Shown piece after piece: positions 58,020 through 64,000 of a stretch of 64,000 bases of DNA. The translations under genes and the position numbers were made by a program. How positions within the stretch are numbered: position 1 is the stretch's first letter; every line of letters starts with the position of its first letter. The stretch is from Amoebidium appalachense (Eukaryota; Protista; Ichthyosporea). The notes below the pieces were generated by a model that did not search any database, was not told where the DNA came from, and worked only from the letters and a program-made list of their open reading frames with translations. The DNA lies in NCBI GenBank assembly GCA_963693365.1, contig CAVNZM010000009.1, positions 10,172,243-10,236,242 of the forward strand, in the 5' to 3' direction.

Positions 58020-58719
58020 CAGGGGGGGGGATCGGGGGGGGGGGGGGGGGGTCAACGGAGCAGCATCTTTTCATAGTATTTGAGAAGCTGGTCTTCTGCT
58101 CGTAGCTTTTGGCCCCCAGGCCTTGTTTACAACCGCCTGAATAATTACGTAATAACAGGCATTGGTAAAGGTTCTGTCAAATCTCCTCCCCCCCCCCAAA
58201 TCCAAATCCATCCCTCCTTTTCCCCCCCCCCTCCCCCCTCCTCCCCTCACCAACCCACCCACAAACACACATGTGCAGTTAGGTATAACCATGTTCCACT
58301 GTGACACCCGGGATTTGAAGTAGAGAAAGAAAAAGAATAAAAAAGGAGAAAGTAATCGGGGTCCTTTGTATTTCGGAAATGACGACATTAATCAGGCTCG
58401 AAGATGTTCTGAGAAAACGAGAAGCTGGAGGGGAATCTAACTAGATCTCAGATTTTATCAAAAAAAAAATCCTCATCAAACTAAGGCTGATTACCGCCAC
58501 AGCGCCTACAATACATATCAAGTCAGCGAGCCTAATAGCAAATAGGCCGGGCGGAGCTTGGAGAAAGTCTTGAAAAGAAACAAAAGAAAATCCACGCGCG
58601 CCTAGAAACAGATGACTCGTTTTTTGCTAAACCAACCAACACTAATATCCTCATTCACCAACGTAATCGATATAATCCTAAAACCCCATCACTGAAATTT
58701 CATCCATTACATCCAGTTT

Positions 58720-59360
58720 TTAGGCCATCTTAGGCACCGTGCCCACCACACACTCACCAGCATATACACCTACGGGTGGCACCGGGAATAGGTGAGCCAG
58801 ATTTGCACTGCTTTTCCGGTGGAGCGCAGACATCCGCCTTTGCACCACACGAGGGACGATGACGGGAGCAGGCGCCACAAACCCATCAGAACTTGACTTT
58901 CTGATATCAGTTTGTGTAATCTGTGCCTGATCGGCAGCGTTTTTTGCACGATCCTGCATCCAGGTAACGGGGTTGATCTGATAGTAGAGGTGGTGTTCAA
59001 TGCTACCAAAGCCTTGCTTTTCGAAGAATTTCCGCGCGCAAACATTATCCCCCTGCGTGTCGCACACGAGAATACGTGCCCCTTGCTGCACCATGTGTGT
59101 GTAGAATGCTTGGAAGAGTTTTCTCCCCACACCTGCACGCTGTGTGCTTGTGTCTACACCCATCCACACGAGATAGCCGTAGCGCCAGGCATTTCGTTTC
59201 TTCTCGATCAGGTTGCCGAGACAGTAGCCTACCACTTTCTGTAAACACAACACACCACAATGTTAGCAATTAGGCCCTGAGGTCTCTGATCAAAAAACAC
59301 ATACACGTTCATACGTATACACACGCATATATACACTCACTCTCTCTCTAGCCCCCCCCC

Positions 59361-59391
<31 letters not shown>

Positions 59392-61309
59392 CAAAAAAAA
59401 ACAAAAAAAAAACAAACCTGTTTACCTTTGTCTCTTTCCCCCTCTGTCTCTTCCTCAGTCTTTCAGAGCCCCCCCTCCCCCCCTCCCCCCTCCCCCCCCC
59501 CCCCCCCCCCGTGTCTCTCTTGGTCTCTCTCATCCCTTATACCGACATCTCCTGCACTTTTTAACTTTTCAATAAACAACGCCCCTTCCCCCACCCTTCC
59601 CCCCGCTCCCCCCCTCCCCCCCCCCCCCCCCCCCGCGCAGACACACACACACACACAATCACCTCTTCGAACCCCCCTCCCCCCTCCCCCCGCTTCCGTT
59701 TCCCCTCTCCCCTATCCCCACCCCGGCGGTCCACCTTCTCCCTTCAACCTCACACCACCAACAATGACTATCCTCGCACTGTGTGTCACCCCGCTGCCAC
59801 AATGCTCATTCATTGAAACATGGAATTCATTCCCCTTTAAACTACCGTAGTATGTCATTACAGCTTGGTTTGGCTCATAGGTTCTGAGACTCACAACGTG
59901 CATGCGGGAGGGCATCACAAGACGTAAGGTTGTGCACGATGTGCAGCTGCTGCTGCTGCTGTGTGTGTGTGTGTGTGTGTGCGCGCGCGCGTGTGTGTGC
60001 GTGTGTTTGCGTACTTGCGCGCGCCTTTACTCAAGCTAACAACGCACCTTGTCCATTTCCGCCACAAAGCAGTTTTCCCTGTCGCTGACAAACCACTCCA
60101 ACACCTCGTGTTCGCTCCATACACGGTGCAGCGATATACGCTCTTGGTCGGTGTGTCGACAATCACAGTTTGAATGCCTTCAAGTGCAAATAACTCCAAA
60201 ACACGTGTGATCAATTTGGTCCCAACACCCCTGCGTTGCCATGGAGACGCAACCGCAGCCCACACAAGGAAGCCACATGATTGTTCCTTGTGCTTCTTCT
60301 CAATGACGCTACCAAGCACAAACCCAACGAGGTTTTGGCTGCCGTTGGGGGCTTGCTCCTCCGCTACGAGACAGAATTCGGGGTCGGAGCCAAGAAGGTC
60401 AATTACCTGTGTAGGGGTTGGAGGCGGCAGGGGGGGGGGGGGGGGGGGTAGCTGAGTTAACTTACAGTACTAGTGATGTGGTGTGGTCGGAAATGATTGT
60501 GCCGGACTAAGTGGGCTAGGGAGAAGAGAGAGAAAATGCATCATGCGGTTAGGCTGCTGTGTATTTTTTCTAGATTTTTTTTGCAAAAGTAGGGATATCA
60601 GTAAGGGCAGATGTGGCGGGACACACCAGCATCTACTGCAAAGTTGCGCGGATCTGCTCACAGCACTTGCAAGCACGAGTCGACGTCACTCCCTCTTTTT
60701 AATGTTGCAACTCATCTGAAGGCTCCGTGTCTTTTGCCTATTCCAAGTTCTTTATTCTAATCATCCCCCCCCCCCCCCCCCCCCTCCCGCCGCCTCCCCA
60801 GCTCCTACCCGCTCACTCTGCTGGGCCCAATCCATGGCCATTGGGGTTGTCGTTCTTCCTTGCAGTATTTGCAACCTGAATGATGATTTGCTTGATTGCC
60901 ATTCACACAACGACAATAACCCAGCATACACGGGGAACCTAGACACACCAGGCCCGTAAAAGAAAAAAATTAAGGCATGAACACATACACAACTTGCAGC
61001 ATGCATCACACACGCTCACATTTGCATGTGCACATATGCACACACGCATTCATGTGCACTCACCTCATACTCATCCCACGTGCGGAAAAGTTGCAACCCC
61101 TCTGTGTTTGCACTGTACTCCCTATCGCCCATATGGAACACGGTGGCGGCATCTCTCAGTTCCATCTGCCTTACAATCACAGGCCCATTTGAGCGCGTAA
61201 CTTTCGGACGCAACACTGCACGTCTGTTCTCACCATTTTCTACACATGTTTTCTTTGTTGGGTGCACTTCGCTGTCATCACAGCTGTTGCTACGACGTAC
61301 AGACGCCAT
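58720..61309 (-). CDS. Host multi-exon tandem GNAT acetyltransferase
   Basis: Exons ~61064-61309, ~60140-60406 (AVASPWQRRGVGTKLI) and ~58720-59238 (GVDTSTQRAGVGRKLF...NVCARKFFEKQGF) carry two acetyl-CoA motif A copies; middle exons not resolved. Confidence 0.8.
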
Positions 61310-62205
61310 AATGCAATTGCTATAGTAGTGGTTAGATGGATGTGTTCTTTGGAGGGGACTGGAGAGAATGAAGGTATAAAGTCAACAGACGGCTTTTTTG
61401 AGGAGGTGACCGCGATAGCATCAGAGCAGGGAATGATTGGTGTATTGTGATTATTGTAAGATCTGGTATGAACCCGCCGAGGTTCCACATACGCATAAGA
61501 GCCACTCGTATATTATATCACAAAGTAAAAACAATGCAAAAACGGATAACTGCTAAGATAAATGATGCTTGCTTTTGTCGCCTTATCACGGAGTTGTTGT
61601 TATATATATGAATCTATTCGTTTCTGTAGGCCCCTTTCTTCAAGGCTTGGATCTAAATTTGAACCAATAAGTCGGTTATACCCGATTGGTTGTTGTGGCA
61701 AATAGATTGAATCCCCCAACACTCCATATTGCATCGCGACAGTCAAATTAGGAGATGTGTGTCTCTCATTTGCTAAGCACCAGAGTTCTGGTGGGATTTG
61801 GAGACCGAAGTTATGATAATAATATATATATCTGGTCTTCCAATCGCGCAATGTCTTGTTTGGAAAAAACAACTCTAATATTGAACTAGATCTAATGTAT
61901 TTTAACCATTAATATAATTAATATTAAATATATTTGTATGCATGTACATATTGCCAACGTGCAGCCCTAGGCCTGTGACGTAAATTTCTAATTGATATTT
62001 TGCCGGCCTTGGTACCGGTGCCTGCAGGAGCTGAAGGCCCAATAGCGTACTAGAAGTTATCACAGGCCCAGGCTTCAGAGCTTCACGTGCACGGAAGATT
62101 GATCGCGGCGATCATTCGATTCGAATAACGGCCGACCCGTCATCCGACCCGGAATCTGCAACCGATTCCTTTTACGGCACCCTGTTTAAACTTAACCCGA
62201 CATGT

Positions 62206-63603
62206 ATGGCCACGGACCTGGGGCAGGCGCCCCCTCCTGTTTTTGTTCCACCCTCCGACACACCACCACCACCACACACGGCGTGGCCAGCGGGGCCGGC
62301 TGAGTTTGGGGCGGAATTGGAGGAACTTTTTACCCCAGATGCGGTATGGCAGTTAGTCTCCCGTTACCCGTCCCGCAAAGCGTGCGGGCCGGACGGCATC
62401 CCTATGGCACTACTTAAGGTACTCATCCCACCCCGACCCGAGAAAGACGAAAAGCGTGGCCCGCCGCCACCACTTACATGTATTCTTAGCGAGTTGTTTA
62501 GCTGGTATTCTGATGTCGGTAAAGTGCCCTCGGAGTGGCTAGCCACCTTAGTGTTTCCCATCAAGAAAACGGTTGCACAGGGTCCCATCCACGAATTTCG
62601 CCCTATCACCCTTACGTCCGTTTTTCGCCGATTATTCGAAAGTGGCCTTTTACAGGCCTTTTCCCATAACCCCACCCTTAAGCAGGCTTCCCAGCTGAGC
62701 CCTCTTCAGGCGGCGTTTCGGCATCGACACTCATGTTACGCACAAATCCTCACTCTACATAATGCAACTCAAAGTGATACCGAGCACCTCGTATTTATCG
62801 ATTTTAAGAACGCGTACGACACGGTCGACCTCCCTCGCCTGTGGGCCAAGTTAGCCACTCGCGGTGTCCCATTCCAAATGGGTTGGCTACTGGAAGCTAT
62901 GTTTACGTTTACACGCGGACGAGCGGTGGTTAATGGGCGGCTATCCCCAGGGTTTACCCGCACGCGCGGGGTACTTCAAGGGTCCCTGCTAAGTCCTCTT
63001 CTTTTCAACCTGTATATTGATGATTTAGCCGACACTCTTTCTGCGGCACAAATTGACGGGGGGTTGCCATCCCAGGCTCCTCCCGCCCTCTTTTTTGCCG
63101 ACGATATTGTGCTTATGTCATCCGATCCTCTCGAACTACGGCAATACATTCGCGTGGTTGACCATTGGTGCCAGCGCAACGATATGCAGATTAATGTCAA
63201 AAAGTGTGCCCTTTTATCAAAATCGATACCGGCATGGGACGACGTTTGTATTTTCGGCAGTCCCCTCCCTCGCCCAATCGAATACAAGTATTTGGGGATT
63301 CCGGTGGACGAATGGGGCATATGTTTCAAACGGATGATCGACCGTCGGGTGGAGAGTGCAGGCAGGTGTCTTCGGTTATTTCGGGATGTGTATCTTGCTA
63401 CTCTTTCTCATACTGTCCACCTATACAATCGTCTTAGTATATTTCGCACATATATTCGCCCTTTGTCGGAATACGGGTTGCCCTTACTAGCTATGGCTGT
63501 TGTTTTGTACGGGTCTAAGGGAGCAGAGTGCACAGAGGTGTCATGTAAAACACGACTTAACGCATTAATGAGAGGGCAATCGGAGTTGTTCACGAGACAT
63601 TGA
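62206..63603 (+). mobile_element. Non-LTR retrotransposon reverse transcriptase (LINE fragment)
   Basis: KACGPDGI, FRPITLTS, QAAFR, FIDFKNAYDTV, GVLQGSLLSPLLFN, FADD, YKYLG. Confidence 0.92.
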
Positions 63604-64000
63604 AAGATTTCAAACAACAACTGGATCTTTATTGTGCTCTCGGTTCCTTTTGTACTTGCGACTTATCACCTTATCACAACTAAAGAGGGAGAACCAATCG
63701 GTTCTATCAGAAGATAGAAAAACACATTCCGACAGAGCATACGCATTCCAACTTCCGATTAAACTAAAGTGTAGAAACTCTTACTTAAATAAATTAAGTA
63801 ATTATACATCTAGTCACTATTAACTCACATATATATTTATGTTCGTCTCTATAAAGAAACTTATTTAAATACATATATTTCCTAACAGTCGACACTCTCA
63901 AAGTGAAGACACTTTGTAATAAACCGAATTCCATATATATCTATTGTCCAATCACAACACACATATATTAACAGACAGGAATGCACAACACAATCTACAG

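Overview
Eukaryotic (probably protist or unicellular holozoan) genomic DNA rich in CA/GT and G/C-homopolymer microsatellites. The dominant feature is a ~46.2-kb endogenous Polinton/Adintovirus-like dsDNA virus (9760-55925) with 466-bp terminal inverted repeats (TIRs) and a 5-bp target-site duplication (TSD; TATGC). It encodes a protein-primed PolB, a VLTF3-like factor, major and minor capsid proteins, an A32-type packaging ATPase, an rve integrase, an N6-adenine methyltransferase, three paralogous fibre-like proteins, a 7-TM protein, a putative SSB and an atypical tRNA-like gene. Each TIR holds a 73-nt hairpin, and the hairpin loop is flipped between the two ends (flip/flop). Three nested transposons disrupt the virion and mobility genes. 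A non-autonomous Copia element, followed by a deletion, sits between the ATPase and MCP remnants. A tandem 3-LTR TRIM lies in the penton gene. An 11.7-kb DNA transposon with a TA TSD lies in the integrase and carries a ~183-bp satellite and a LINE fragment. Host flanks contain C2H2 zinc-finger genes, tRNA-Ile(AAT), a double-GNAT gene and a LINE RT. All calls come from motif recognition by eye; no database searches were run.
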